Below the pieces are notes generated by a model. The model searched no databases. It saw only the letters and a program-made list of their open reading frames with translations, and was not told where the DNA came from. Of a stretch of DNA of 38,231 nucleotides, positions 16,972 through 26,096 are shown piece after piece. The position numbers and the translations under genes are program-made. Each line of letters starts with the position of its first letter. Positions within the stretch are counted from its first letter, which is position 1. The stretch comes from Candidatus Spechtbacterales bacterium (GTDB lineage Bacteria; Patescibacteriota; Minisyncoccia; Spechtbacterales; 2-12-FULL-38-22): assembly GCA_033721955.1 (NCBI GenBank), contig JAWVZY010000002.1:1-38231 (forward strand). The letters are read 5' to 3'.

Positions 16972-17814
16972 CTATTTTTTACGCTTTTTCTTTTTGCGCC
17001 TCTTAATTATATATCTATCTGAATACTTATTTGGTTTTCTTGTTTTAACTCCATATGCATTTTTACCCCAAGGTGTTTTTGGATACTTAAGCCCTACAGG
17101 CGCACGACCTTCACCTCCTCCATGAGGATGATCCACCGGATTCATGGCAGAACCTCTGACATGGGGTCTCTTGCCTCGCCTGCGATTCTTGCCTGCCTTA
17201 CCTACCACCTCTTCTCTGTGAGAAGAGTGGGAAACAGTTCCTATGGTGGCAAAACCATTACTGCTTACAACCCTTACCTCGGTTGAGGGCATTGTTAGCT
17301 GAGTATGTCCCTCATCGTGGGCCATAACTTTTGCATATGATCCGGCTGAACGGGCCATCTGACCCCCTCTTCCGGGTTTTATTTCTATATTATGAACAAG
17401 CGTTCCAACCGGAATGTTTTTTATTTTCATTCTATTGCCGGGCTTTATAGGAGCTTTTTCTGCTATTTTTAACTCATCACCAACTTTTGCCTTGTCATAT
17501 GCCAAAATGTATCGCTTGACACCTTCTTGATTCTGTACAAGTGCAATAAATGCAGTACGGTTAGGATCGTATTCCAGGGCTTTTATAGTCAGAGTGTCAC
17601 CTACTTGATCCTGCTTAAAATCTATATCTCGATAAAGCCGCTTAGAACCGCCGCCCTTATGTCGTGTTGAAATTTTTCCATGACTCCTACCTTTCTTTCT
17701 ATGCAAAGAGCGTGTTAAGCTTTTTTCTGGCTCCTTTTTTGTTAATTCTCCATAATCTGTAGTTATCATTCCTCTGCGTCCCGGTGTTGTTGGTTTGTGT
17801 CTTTTAACTCCCAT
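16972..17814 (-). CDS. rplB: 50S ribosomal protein L2
   Basis: Contains [29 protein letters not shown], with a [10 protein letters not shown] tail. Confidence 0.97.
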   Translation of the reverse strand: [280 protein letters not shown]

Positions 17815-17825
17815 AATTTTTATAT

Positions 17826-18281
17826 TTACTGAGGAAGTACCTCAATTTCTTGTCCTTTAGCTAATGTTACAACTGCCTTATCAGGCCGCGTTGTTTTGCC
17901 CTGCTCAAATCTATATCTCTTCCTTTTTGCAGGCGACTTTATTATATTTACCTTTTCTACCTTGGTGTTATAAAGCTCTTCAACCGCGCGAGCTACCTCA
18001 TTTTTATTTGCTCGAGATGTTATTTCAAAAACATACTTTCTATCATCTGTTTTCGCCATACTTTTTTCAGATATATGCGGGCGTAAAACAACTCCATAAG
18101 CACCGTGTGCCTGCTCTGTCCTTATTGCAGTTGTAGCGCTCGGCTTGCTTTTCTTCTCTGCCTTTTTTTGTTTTTGCTCTTCCTTTGGCTGCTGTTTTTG
18201 CTTCTTGATCTGTTTTTTCTGCTGTTGGCGCTTCTGCTCCTTGCCTTTTCCTTTTTTAAATATATGTTGAAGTATTGGCAT
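17826..18281 (-). CDS. rplW: 50S ribosomal protein L23 with a Lys/Gln-rich N-terminal extension of about 55 aa
   Basis: The L23 core LRPHISEKS...VEKVNI is preceded by KKGKGKEQKRQQQKKQIKKQKQQPKEEQKQKKAEKK. Tight packing behind rplD supports the long form. Confidence 0.9.
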   Translation of the reverse strand: MPILQHIFKKGKGKEQKRQQQKKQIKKQKQQPKEEQKQKKAEKKSKPSATTAIRTEQAHGAYGVVLRPHISEKSMAKTDDRKYVFEITSRANKNEVARAVEELYNTKVEKVNIIKSPAKRKRYRFEQGKTTRPDKAVVTLAKGQEIEVLPQ

Positions 18282-18289
18282 AATAATTA

Positions 18290-18919
18290 TTATTTAGCGT
18301 ACTGCTTTACCAGTTTATCCAAGGCGCTCTGTGAAAAAACGCATACCTTATTATTTAACAAATCTACAATATTTATTCTATCTATATTTACGGGCTTAAC
18401 TCCCGGTATATTATTAAATACTCTCTGATAGCCGTCATCCTCTTTTGTCCCGTAAACTATGATGCTGGCTCCATCAACCTTCATCTTTCCCAAAAGAGAT
18501 ACTCCTTTCTTTGTTTTTAATTCTTTCCAATCAAATGCCTTGACTACATATACATTACCAGCCTTTGCCTTACTGCTAAGCACTGTCGCTATGGCCTTTT
18601 TATTCATTTTTTTATTAATCTTTTTGCCATATGCTCTATCGTTTCTGGGGCCAAAAGTGACACCTCCTCCTCGCCATAATGGAGAACGTATAGAGCCGTG
18701 CCTTGCGCGCCCAGTTCCTTTTTGTCGCCACGGCTTTCTTCCTCCGCCTCGCTTATCTGCACGGGTTTTTGTATGAGCATAAGGCCTGCGGCGGTTTGCC
18801 AGCTTTACAGTAAACACCTGGTACACCAACGCATCATTTGCGTCTAAACCGAAAATTTCACCGGGAAGATCCTGGCTTCCTTCTTTTTTGCCTGTTTTAT
18901 TGTAAATATCAACTTTCAT
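18290..18919 (-). CDS. rplD: 50S ribosomal protein L4
   Basis: Contains KTRADKRGGGRKPWRQKGTGRARHGSIRSPLWRGGGVTFGP. Confidence 0.97.
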   Translation of the reverse strand: MKVDIYNKTGKKEGSQDLPGEIFGLDANDALVYQVFTVKLANRRRPYAHTKTRADKRGGGRKPWRQKGTGRARHGSIRSPLWRGGGVTFGPRNDRAYGKKINKKMNKKAIATVLSSKAKAGNVYVVKAFDWKELKTKKGVSLLGKMKVDGASIIVYGTKEDDGYQRVFNNIPGVKPVNIDRINIVDLLNNKVCVFSQSALDKLVKQYAK

Positions 18920-18921
18920 AA

Positions 18922-19539
18922 TTATTTCGCTATGACCTCAACATAAGAACCCTTGTTACCCGGAACAGAGCCCTTAACTCCTATAATATTATCTTCTTTA
19001 TCTATATATGCTACCTTTAAATTTAATACGCTTTTTTTATGTCCTCCCATATGACCTGCCATTTTAAGTCCCTTTAATACTCTTTGGGGAAACGCAGAAC
19101 CGATAGAGCCGGGAGTTCTTAAGGTATGCTTCTGTCCATGAGTTTTTGGCCCTCCGGCAAAATTCCATCTCTTCACAACACCCTGAAAACCTTTTCCCTT
19201 GGCTGTGCCGCGAACCATAACTGTATCTCCCAGTTCAAATTGCTCAACGCTAAGCTTATCCCCTTTTTTGAATTCTGCATCCTCTGTGGTTCTAAATTCA
19301 CGCAAAAAAGCAAATCCTTTACCGCTTTTATCTGTAAACTCCTTCAAATGCCCCTGCATCGGTTTAGATAGCTTTTTTTCGCCTGCCCCAACTTGAACCG
19401 CATTATATCCGTTATTCTCATCTGTTAGCACTTGGGTTACAGTAACACCCTTTGCGTCAATCAAAGTAACCGGAACTACCTTTCCTTTATCATCATAAAT
19501 TTGAGTCATTCCTAATTTTTTTCCTGCTATAAATTTCAT
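18922..19539 (-). CDS. rplC: 50S ribosomal protein L3
   Basis: Contains KKLGMTQIYDD and GTAKGKGFQGVVKRWNF. Confidence 0.97.
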   Translation of the reverse strand: MKFIAGKKLGMTQIYDDKGKVVPVTLIDAKGVTVTQVLTDENNGYNAVQVGAGEKKLSKPMQGHLKEFTDKSGKGFAFLREFRTTEDAEFKKGDKLSVEQFELGDTVMVRGTAKGKGFQGVVKRWNFAGGPKTHGQKHTLRTPGSIGSAFPQRVLKGLKMAGHMGGHKKSVLNLKVAYIDKEDNIIGVKGSVPGNKGSYVEVIAK

Positions 19540-19774
19540 ACTTCAATAAAAAATCGGGCGCAGCCCGATCTTCGGCAGTATTATACTGCTTAGAAACCTT
19601 AATTGGGCTATGTTAGTAAATTAGCTGCGTTGTTTAAGGGGATATAAAACCCCTGGCAATTAGCTTGTAATGCAACCCGCCCAAGCTTTTAGACAGTATT
19701 GCTCCCTGCGGGGAGAACTTATCCAAAAGTTTGGGCGGGTTTGTTTTTAAAGTTTATTCCCTAAAGGAAATAAT
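19540..19774 (-). promoter_or_regulatory. Structured non-coding spacer between rpsJ and rplC (candidate leader, attenuator or ncRNA)
   Basis: Hairpins at 19553-19569 (7 bp, followed by U6 on the minus strand, 13 nt before the rplC ATG), 19575-19589, 19637-19654 and 19674-19741 (17-bp outer stem plus inner ctccc/gggag). There is no ORF on either strand. Confidence 0.55.
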
Positions 19775-20125
19775 TTACATCTTAACTTCAATATCTACTC
19801 CGGCGGGCAAATTCAAATCCATCAAAGCATCAATAAGCTGTCCGGATGGATTGTAGATATCTATCAGGCGTTTGTGAATACGCATTTCAAACTGTTCTCT
19901 GGAAGTTTTGTGAACAAAACTTGAACGATTAACGGTGTATTTCTTAATCTCTGTGGGCAATGGAACCGGTCCTTTTATTTCCGCACCGTAACGCATTGCG
20001 GTATCCACTATTTGGCGCACACTTGAATCGATGACCTGGTGGTCATAAGATTTAATCTTTATCCGAATTCTCTGTCCTTGCTCTTCTTTTTTATTTTTTT
20101 TCTTTGCTTCTGATTTAGCTGCCAT
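19775..20125 (-). CDS. rpsJ: 30S ribosomal protein S10 (short Lys-rich N-terminal extension)
   Basis: Contains [17 protein letters not shown] and a C-terminal AGVDIEVKM. Confidence 0.95.
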   Translation of the reverse strand: MAAKSEAKKKNKKEEQGQRIRIKIKSYDHQVIDSSVRQIVDTAMRYGAEIKGPVPLPTEIKKYTVNRSSFVHKTSREQFEMRIHKRLIDIYNPSGQLIDALMDLNLPAGVDIEVKM

Positions 20126-20145
20126 GTAAGGTGCGCTTAATTTAT

Positions 20146-21342
20146 CTAATTGATAACTTTTGTAATAACTCCAGCACCGACGGTTTTACCTCCTTCACGA
20201 ATAGCAAATCTTTGCTGTTCTTCCATGGCAACGGGAACCACAAGCTTCGCCTTAAAGCTAACTGTGTCTCCGGGCATTACCATTTCTGTGCCGTCAGGTA
20301 GTGTAACCTCGCCTGTTACATCGGTTGTCCTAAAGTAAAACTGTGGTTTATATCCTGTAAAGAATGGGGTATGTCGGCCTCCTTCTTCCTTTTTTAGTAC
20401 ATACACCTCAGCTTCAAATTCTGTATGAGGAGTTACAGAGCCGGGCTTCACAATAACTTGACCGCGCTCAACATCATCTTTTTTAAGTCCTCGCAAAAGA
20501 AGACCTACATTATCTCCGGCAAGTCCTTCATCAAGTTGTTTGTTGAACATCTCAACTCCGGTAACTGCTGTTTTTTGAGTATCGCGCATACCCACTATCT
20601 CTATTTCTTCACCTACATTTACTTTTCCTCGCTCAATTCTTCCTGTAACTACAGTACCACGACCTTCAATTGAAAATACGTCTTCAACCGGCATAAGAAA
20701 CGGCTTGTCTGTCTCTCTTTCAGGTACGGGTACATATTCATCAACTGCGTCCATAAGCTCGCCGATAGGTTTTGCAGCGTCGTCATCAGCACTTGAAGCA
20801 TTAAGTGCTTGCAAGGCTGAACCTCTTATAATAGGAGCGTTTTCTCCGTCATATTCATATTTGCTTAAAAGTTCACGAACTTCTTCCTCAACAAGGTCAA
20901 CTAACTCAGGATCGTCTACCTGATCTACCTTATTTAAGAATACTACTATCTTAGGTACACCAACCTGGTGTGCCAAAAGAATGTGCTCGCGTGTTTGGGG
21001 CATAGGCCCGTCTGCTGCTGATACAACAAGAATGGAGCCGTCCATCTGAGCGGCGCCAGTAATCATGTTTTTAATATAGTCAGCGTGGCCGGGAGCATCA
21101 ATGTGAGCGTAGTGACGACTTTCTGTCTCATACTCCACGTGAGCCAACGCAATTGTAATACCGCGCTCCTTTTCCTCGGGTGCGGCATCAATTTGATCTA
21201 TATCTTTTTCTGAGTGGTTCATACCCTTCAACTGAGCATACTTTAGAATTGCTGCAGTAAGAGTAGTTTTACCGTGGTCTACGTGACCAATTGTACCGAC
21301 GTTAACGTGCGGTTTTGTTCTTTCAAATTTTTCTGCTGCCAT
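20146..21342 (-). CDS. tuf: Elongation factor Tu
   Basis: Contains [15 protein letters not shown] and NKVD. It is a full-length EF-Tu of 398 aa. Confidence 0.98.
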   Translation of the reverse strand: MAAEKFERTKPHVNVGTIGHVDHGKTTLTAAILKYAQLKGMNHSEKDIDQIDAAPEEKERGITIALAHVEYETESRHYAHIDAPGHADYIKNMITGAAQMDGSILVVSAADGPMPQTREHILLAHQVGVPKIVVFLNKVDQVDDPELVDLVEEEVRELLSKYEYDGENAPIIRGSALQALNASSADDDAAKPIGELMDAVDEYVPVPERETDKPFLMPVEDVFSIEGRGTVVTGRIERGKVNVGEEIEIVGMRDTQKTAVTGVEMFNKQLDEGLAGDNVGLLLRGLKKDDVERGQVIVKPGSVTPHTEFEAEVYVLKKEEGGRHTPFFTGYKPQFYFRTTDVTGEVTLPDGTEMVMPGDTVSFKAKLVVPVAMEEQQRFAIREGGKTVGAGVITKVIN

Positions 21343-21345
21343 AAT

Positions 21346-21384
21346 TTAGCTTTTAGCTATTAGCTTTTGAGCTGTTTAGCTGTT
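21346..21384 (-). repeat. Five tandem AGCT(A/C)A units (period 7-8 nt) immediately 5' of the tuf start codon
   Basis: Minus strand reads aacAGCTAAacAGCTCAaaAGCTAAtAGCTAAaAGCTAAattATG. AGCT cores lie at plus-strand 21348, 21355, 21362, 21370 and 21378. There is no GGAGG-type SD. Confidence 0.7.
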
Positions 21385-21458
21385 ATAAATTTATTAATTA
21401 TTATTAATGAATAAGTGACCTAATTTCATAATATCTCATATACAGAGATACAAAATAT

Positions 21459-21486
21459 ATTTTACACGACTTGCAATTTTCGTCAA
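21459..21486 (-). promoter_or_regulatory. Near-consensus promoter TTGACG-16 nt-TAAAAT dedicated to tuf
   Basis: The -35 is the complement of 21481-21486 and the -10 is the complement of 21459-21464. It starts 12 nt after the stop of the upstream ORF and implies a 5' UTR of roughly 110 nt. Confidence 0.55.
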
Positions 21487-21498
21487 CCCCCCAAACCC

Positions 21499-21948
21499 CT
21501 AAAGAGGCAGATCGTCCAACCTGATTTCATTTGGGCGATTTCCCATATCAGCAAGCTCTATATCACTGTTATCTGTCGTGTCTATGTCTGTAACATCAAG
21601 CGGCGCCTCATCAGATGAAGGATGTATTGCTTCTGTGAAAATGGAATTGCCCTGTTCAGCGCCTGCCTGATTTAGGGCATTTTGATTTTTGGGAGTAATG
21701 GAAGGCCTTGAACTCTGCTGTTGGCCTTGCTGTTTTTCGGCATCAGCAAAACTCTGAGCACCTCCTGCTGACTGTTGCTGTGAACTTAAAGGTTGCGAAC
21801 TTTGATCCGGCGAACTTGCACCGCTATCCCCTTCTGAAAGACGCAAATACTCATCTACAGAAAGAATAACATAACGCGGCTCGCCATCCTCTACAATAAC
21901 TGCCTTTTCATTGCTTGTTTTTAGTATATTTTTTAAAGATTCCCACAT
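21499..21948 (-). CDS. Hypothetical protein with a Phd/YefM-antitoxin-like N-terminal segment, a long Gln/Ser-rich low-complexity region and an acidic C-terminal tip
   Basis: The N-terminus EKAVIVEDGEPRYVILSVDEYLRL resembles Phd/YefM-type antitoxin N-domains. Residues from about 40 to 125 are S/Q/G/A-rich. The C-terminus reads DIELADMGNRPNEIRLDDLPL. The ORF starts 5 nt after the fusA stop. Confidence 0.6.
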   Translation of the reverse strand: MWESLKNILKTSNEKAVIVEDGEPRYVILSVDEYLRLSEGDSGASSPDQSSQPLSSQQQSAGGAQSFADAEKQQGQQQSSRPSITPKNQNALNQAGAEQGNSIFTEAIHPSSDEAPLDVTDIDTTDNSDIELADMGNRPNEIRLDDLPL

Positions 21949-21953
21949 ATTAT

Positions 21954-24062
21954 TTATTTTCGCATTTCTATAATTTCTTGAGCAATATTTTGCGGCACCT
22001 CAGCATAATGACTAAACTCAACAGTTGCCGCACCCCGACCTTGAGTCATAGAACGTAGATCTGTTGTATAGCCAAAAAGCTCCGAAAGCGGTACAAGCGC
22101 TCTAACCGTTTTCAAATTTCCACGCTCACCTAATTCCTCTATCTGAGCCCTTTTAGCGCTAAGATCTCCGGTAACATCCCCAAGATATTCCTCAGGTGCA
22201 CCAACCTCAACTTTCATAAGAGGTTCAAGTAACACTGCATTTGCTTTCTTGGCAGCATCTTGAAATGCCATTGAAGCAGCTATCTTAAAGGCCGCCTCCG
22301 AAGAATCCACCTCGTGAAATGAACCATCATATAATGTGGCGCGGACATCAACCATAGAGTACCCTGCCACCACGCCCTTTTCCATGGCCTCCTTTACTCC
22401 CTTTTCAACCGAAGGTATAAATTCCTGAGGAATAGCGCCTCCTTTAATTTCATCGACAAATTCAAAGCCCTCGCCTGCCTCCATGGGTTCTACGCGAAGA
22501 TAAACATGGCCGTATTGTCCTCTACCACCTGACTGGCGAATATATTTTGCCTCCGCTTCCGCTTCTTTCTTTATAGTTTCGCGGTAAGCTACCTGAGGTT
22601 GACCTACATTTGCCTCCACTTTAAATTCGCGTTTCATTCTATCTACAAGGACCTCAAGGTGCAACTCGCCCATTCCAGAAATTATTGTTTCACCTGTCTC
22701 TTCATCACTGCTTATCTGGAATGTAGGGTCTTCTTCTGCCAGGCGGCGCAATGCAATACCCATTTTATCCTGGTCTGCGCGTGTTTTTGGCTCAATGCGT
22801 ACAGCAATAACCGGTTCGGGAAATGTAATCTTTTCTAAAATAAGAGGGCGCTTAGGATCGCAAAGCGAATCTCCTGTTGTAGTTGACTTCAAACCAACAG
22901 CAGCTGCAATATCGCCTGCATAAATAGTATCTACCTCCTCTCTATCATTTGAATGCATTCTTACAATACGGCTTAAGCGTTCTTTATCGCCTGTTGATGT
23001 ATTTAAAATATATGAACCGCTTTCAAGTGTTCCCGAGTAAACACGGAAATAGACAAGCTGTCCTACGTAAGGATCTGTGGCAACTTTAAATGCAAGGGCG
23101 GCAAATGGCTCATCATCATCTACTTTTATTTGTGTCTTTTCTCCTGTATCAGGATCCTCACCTTCGGGAGCCGGTACTTCAAGAGGGTTAGGCAAATACT
23201 CTACAACTCCATCTAAAAGCGGCTGCACGCCTTGATTTTTAAGAGCTGAACCGCAAAATACAGGAATAAGCTCATTATCTATTGTCGCTTTTCGCAAAAC
23301 TTTTTTAAGTTCCTCAGCTGATATCTCCTCTCCTTCTAAATATTTATTTGTAAGCTCCTCGTCTTGCTCAGCTATCTTTTCTACAAGTTCACCACGCATT
23401 TTCTCCGCCTGCTCTTTTAGGTCTTGGGGGATATCACCACCCCTTATAACCTTCTCGCCCATTTCGCCCTCATTCTTAATCCATTCCATGCCTATAAGAT
23501 CTATAACTCCGTCAAAGTTGCTCTCAGACCCAACAGGAAGCTGCACTGCAACAGCATTTGGACTAAGGCGCTCTATTATCGATTGAAAACTTTTTTCAAA
23601 ACTGGCACCCATCCTATCCATTTTATTTATAAAACAAATTCGGGGAACACTGTATTTATCTGCCTGATGCCATACTGTCTCTGACTGAGGCTCAACCCCT
23701 GCAACACCATCAAACACAACAACACCCCCGTCTAAAACACGAAGGGAGCGCTCAACTTCTACGGTAAAGTCCACGTGGCCGGGAGTATCTATTATATTAA
23801 TACGATATTTATTATCTTTGTCTTTATCTGAATAATAAGTGGGTACCCAAAAAGCTGTTGTAGCGGCTGAAGTAATAGTAATGCCACGCTCTCTTTCCTG
23901 CTCCATCCAGTCCATCACTGCCTCGCCCTCATGTACCTCACCTATTTTATGAGAAATTCCTGTATAAAAAAGCACACGCTCAGTGACTGTGGTTTTACCC
24001 GCGTCAATGTGTGCAATTATTCCTATATTTCTTACTTTTTCTAAAGGATATTCGCGTGCCAT
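21954..24062 (-). CDS. fusA: Elongation factor G
   Basis: Contains [17 protein letters not shown] and NKMD. It is a full five-domain protein of 702 aa. Confidence 0.98.
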   Translation of the reverse strand: MAREYPLEKVRNIGIIAHIDAGKTTVTERVLFYTGISHKIGEVHEGEAVMDWMEQERERGITITSAATTAFWVPTYYSDKDKDNKYRINIIDTPGHVDFTVEVERSLRVLDGGVVVFDGVAGVEPQSETVWHQADKYSVPRICFINKMDRMGASFEKSFQSIIERLSPNAVAVQLPVGSESNFDGVIDLIGMEWIKNEGEMGEKVIRGGDIPQDLKEQAEKMRGELVEKIAEQDEELTNKYLEGEEISAEELKKVLRKATIDNELIPVFCGSALKNQGVQPLLDGVVEYLPNPLEVPAPEGEDPDTGEKTQIKVDDDEPFAALAFKVATDPYVGQLVYFRVYSGTLESGSYILNTSTGDKERLSRIVRMHSNDREEVDTIYAGDIAAAVGLKSTTTGDSLCDPKRPLILEKITFPEPVIAVRIEPKTRADQDKMGIALRRLAEEDPTFQISSDEETGETIISGMGELHLEVLVDRMKREFKVEANVGQPQVAYRETIKKEAEAEAKYIRQSGGRGQYGHVYLRVEPMEAGEGFEFVDEIKGGAIPQEFIPSVEKGVKEAMEKGVVAGYSMVDVRATLYDGSFHEVDSSEAAFKIAASMAFQDAAKKANAVLLEPLMKVEVGAPEEYLGDVTGDLSAKRAQIEELGERGNLKTVRALVPLSELFGYTTDLRSMTQGRGAATVEFSHYAEVPQNIAQEIIEMRK

Positions 24063-24076
24063 AAAAATTTAATTTC

Positions 24077-24544
24077 TTATGCAAAGTGGGCGAATGCTCT
24101 GTTAGCCCTCGCCATTCTTTCTGTAGTTTCTTTTTTACGTATAGCGTCGCCTTCATTATTTGAGGCGGAAATAAGTTCGTTTGCCAAACGTTGCGACATA
24201 GCTGTACCGCTTTTGCTGCGCGCGGCTTCTCTTATCCAGCGCATAGCAAGTATGGTTCTTCTATCTCCCTTAACCTGCATAGGTACCTGATAATTAGCAC
24301 CGCCTATCCTTCTTGTCTTTACCTCGAGAGACGGTGATACATTTTTAAGCGCTGCATCAAAAACATCCATAGGATCTTTCTTGGTTTTTTTCTGAATAAT
24401 ATCAAAAGCATCGTAAACAACTTTACGGGCTACTGATTTTTTTCCATCCCACATCATATAATTTATAAACTTGGTAACCAGGGGGTTATTATATTTATAG
24501 TCGGGTTGCAGTTGTCTTTTTTTAAATCCTCCTTTTTTACGCAT
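24077..24544 (-). CDS. rpsG: 30S ribosomal protein S7
   Basis: Contains [14 protein letters not shown] and a C-terminal ANRAFAHF. Confidence 0.97.
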   Translation of the reverse strand: MRKKGGFKKRQLQPDYKYNNPLVTKFINYMMWDGKKSVARKVVYDAFDIIQKKTKKDPMDVFDAALKNVSPSLEVKTRRIGGANYQVPMQVKGDRRTILAMRWIREAARSKSGTAMSQRLANELISASNNEGDAIRKKETTERMARANRAFAHFA

Positions 24545-24547
24545 AGA

Positions 24548-24961
24548 TTATTCTTTAGGCATCTTAGTACCGTATTTAGAGCGCTGAGTTTTTCTCCCCT
24601 CAACACCGGCAGTATCAAGTACACCTCTTACAATATGATAACGAACGCCCGGAAGGTCTTTTACCCTACCCCCTCTAAGTAGCACAACGGAGTGCTCTTG
24701 AAGATTATGTCCTTCTCCGGGAATATAAGCAGTTACTTCCATGCCATTTGTAAGACGAACCCTTGCCACTTTTCTAAGGGCAGAGTTTGGCTTTCTTGGC
24801 GTTACAGTTGTTACACGTGTACATACCCCTCGCTTAAAAGGGCTGTAATAATTTGTAGGCTTATTTTTAAGCGCATTAAAGCCGTGACTTAAAGCCACTG
24901 ATTTATCTTTTTTCTTTCGCTTCTTTCTTCCTTTTTTTACAAGTTGGTTTATTGTTGGCAT
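24548..24961 (-). CDS. rpsL: 30S ribosomal protein S12
   Basis: Contains [26 protein letters not shown] and GVRYHIVRG. Confidence 0.98.
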   Translation of the reverse strand: MPTINQLVKKGRKKRKKKDKSVALSHGFNALKNKPTNYYSPFKRGVCTRVTTVTPRKPNSALRKVARVRLTNGMEVTAYIPGEGHNLQEHSVVLLRGGRVKDLPGVRYHIVRGVLDTAGVEGRKTQRSKYGTKMPKE

Positions 24962-24973
24962 AATTGCTCAATT

Positions 24974-24993
24974 AAAAATTGCCGTTAGGCAAT
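24974..24993 (-). promoter_or_regulatory. Terminator-like hairpin plus U-tract in the rpsL leader
   Basis: Minus strand reads attgcc-taac-ggcaat followed by TTTTTAATTGAGCAATT-ATG. It lies downstream of the putative promoter and so sits inside the leader. Confidence 0.45.
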
Positions 24994-25000
24994 ACTATAT

Positions 25001-25029
25001 AATTTATATGAATTTTAAAATTATGTCAA
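25001..25029 (-). promoter_or_regulatory. Promoter TTGACA-17 nt-TAAATT for the str operon
   Basis: The -35 is the complement of 25024-25029 and the -10 is the complement of 25001-25006. It starts 6 nt after the M50 protease stop. Confidence 0.5.
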
Positions 25030-25035
25030 CTGATT

Positions 25036-25686
25036 TTATATAAACGCTCCCGGGCCAACTCCCGTTATAAGAGAAAAAGCTCCCTGAATAATCGGCAGTA
25101 TCATCTGAAAACCAAGGAAAATAAATAAAAGCAAAAATATAAAACCATTGCGCTCAAGCATAGTTCTTATATGATGAGGCACATTAAAAAGAGAAAACAA
25201 AAGCTTAGAGCCATCCAGGGGTGGTATGGGGACAAGATTAAAAACAGCTAAAAGAAGATTTATATATGTTATAGCCATAAAGACAACGGCCAACCCAAAC
25301 AAGGATGAATCAGCTGAAACCGGCATTATAAAACGTAAAGCCAAGCCAAAAACTAACGCTAAAAATAAATTGGTTGCGGGTCCGGCACCGCCCACCATAG
25401 CAGGACCCCATTTCTTATTACGTAAATTATACGGATTGTAAGGTACAGGCTTTGCCCAGCCAAAAATCACGGATGGCGCTCCAAAAAGCATGGGTATAGC
25501 TAAAAGCAAAGGTAATATAATAGAGCCAAACATATCCAAATGCGGTATAGGATTTAAAGTCAGCCGACCCATCATCTTGGCTGTGGGGTCTCCCAAGTAA
25601 TTAGCTGTTACGCCATGTGCCACCTCGTGTAATACTACTGAGAATATTAAAATGGCTATAAATATTATAAATGTTACAATTTCCAT
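25036..25686 (-). CDS. Site-2 protease-type (peptidase M50) membrane zinc metalloprotease
   Basis: HEVAHG (HExxH) lies in TM1, and the NLVPIPPLDG motif is present. The protein is polytopic. Confidence 0.85.
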   Translation of the reverse strand: MEIVTFIIFIAILIFSVVLHEVAHGVTANYLGDPTAKMMGRLTLNPIPHLDMFGSIILPLLLAIPMLFGAPSVIFGWAKPVPYNPYNLRNKKWGPAMVGGAGPATNLFLALVFGLALRFIMPVSADSSLFGLAVVFMAITYINLLLAVFNLVPIPPLDGSKLLFSLFNVPHHIRTMLERNGFIFLLLFIFLGFQMILPIIQGAFSLITGVGPGAFI

Positions 25687-25693
25687 CGCGCTA

Positions 25694-25722
25694 TTGAAAT
25701 ATAATAAAAGTTAATGTATAGT
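25694..25722 (+). promoter_or_regulatory. Promoter TTGAAA-17 nt-TATAGT for rpmB and tRNA-Pro
   Basis: The -35 is at 25694-25699 and the -10 is at 25717-25722. Confidence 0.5.
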
Positions 25723-25767
25723 GTTAAAGTTATTATATTAATTACATATTAAAGTAAATAATCAATT

Positions 25768-25980
25768 ATGGCAAAGAAATGCGCTTCATGTGGAAAGAGT
25801 TCCCAGATGGAAGGTAAAAGAAAACTTCTTCGCGGAAACTATAATCCCACACATAAAGTAAGAAAATACGCAAATCTCCAGTGGATGCGCCTGCCTGATG
25901 GCAGTCGTGTTAAGGTTTGCACTCGCTGCAAAAAAACAGCTGTTAAAAAACCGGAGATACTCAAAAAATTGCAGAAGTAA
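25768..25980 (+). CDS. rpmB: 50S ribosomal protein L28 (Cys4 form)
   Basis: Reads MAKKCASCGKSSQMEGKRKLLRGNYNPTHKVRKYANLQW...CTRCKK. Confidence 0.93.
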   Translation: MAKKCASCGKSSQMEGKRKLLRGNYNPTHKVRKYANLQWMRLPDGSRVKVCTRCKKTAVKKPEILKKLQK

Positions 25981-25990
25981 TTCTGTAACT

Positions 25991-26062
25991 CGGGACGTAG
26001 TATAATGGTTATTATGCGCGGCTGGGGGTCGTGCGACCCGGGTTCGATTCCCGGCGTCCCGA
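25991..26062 (+). tRNA. tRNA-Pro (anticodon GGG), with no encoded CCA
   Basis: Folded by hand. Acceptor cgggacg/cgtcccg, anticodon stem cgcgg/tcgtg, loop ctGGGgg (U33, G37), 4-nt variable loop, T-arm ccggg-ttcgatt-cccgg, discriminator A. One D-stem pair is mismatched. Confidence 0.85.
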
Positions 26063-26070
26063 CATATATT

Positions 26071-26096
26071 AAAAAGGTCCGTTTAGGACTTTTTTA
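26071..26096 (+). terminator. Terminator after tRNA-Pro
   Basis: Reads aaaaggtcc-gttta-ggacttttt followed by a T-run. The GC core is only 4 bp. Confidence 0.45.

Noticed and set aside
19580-19585. TATAAT inside the second spacer hairpin as a definite internal promoter for rplC
   Set aside because: There is no -35 or TG extension, and the hexamer lies inside a hairpin. I kept it as an alternative within the spacer finding rather than calling it a feature.
19691-19724. The apex of the long spacer hairpin contains GCAG followed by GGAGCAA on the minus strand, loosely like SRP RNA helix 8
   Set aside because: The opposing strand is pyrimidine-rich (CUCC) and lacks the conserved purines. The best fold is a plain 5-bp ctccc/gggag stem, so there is no support for an ffs call.
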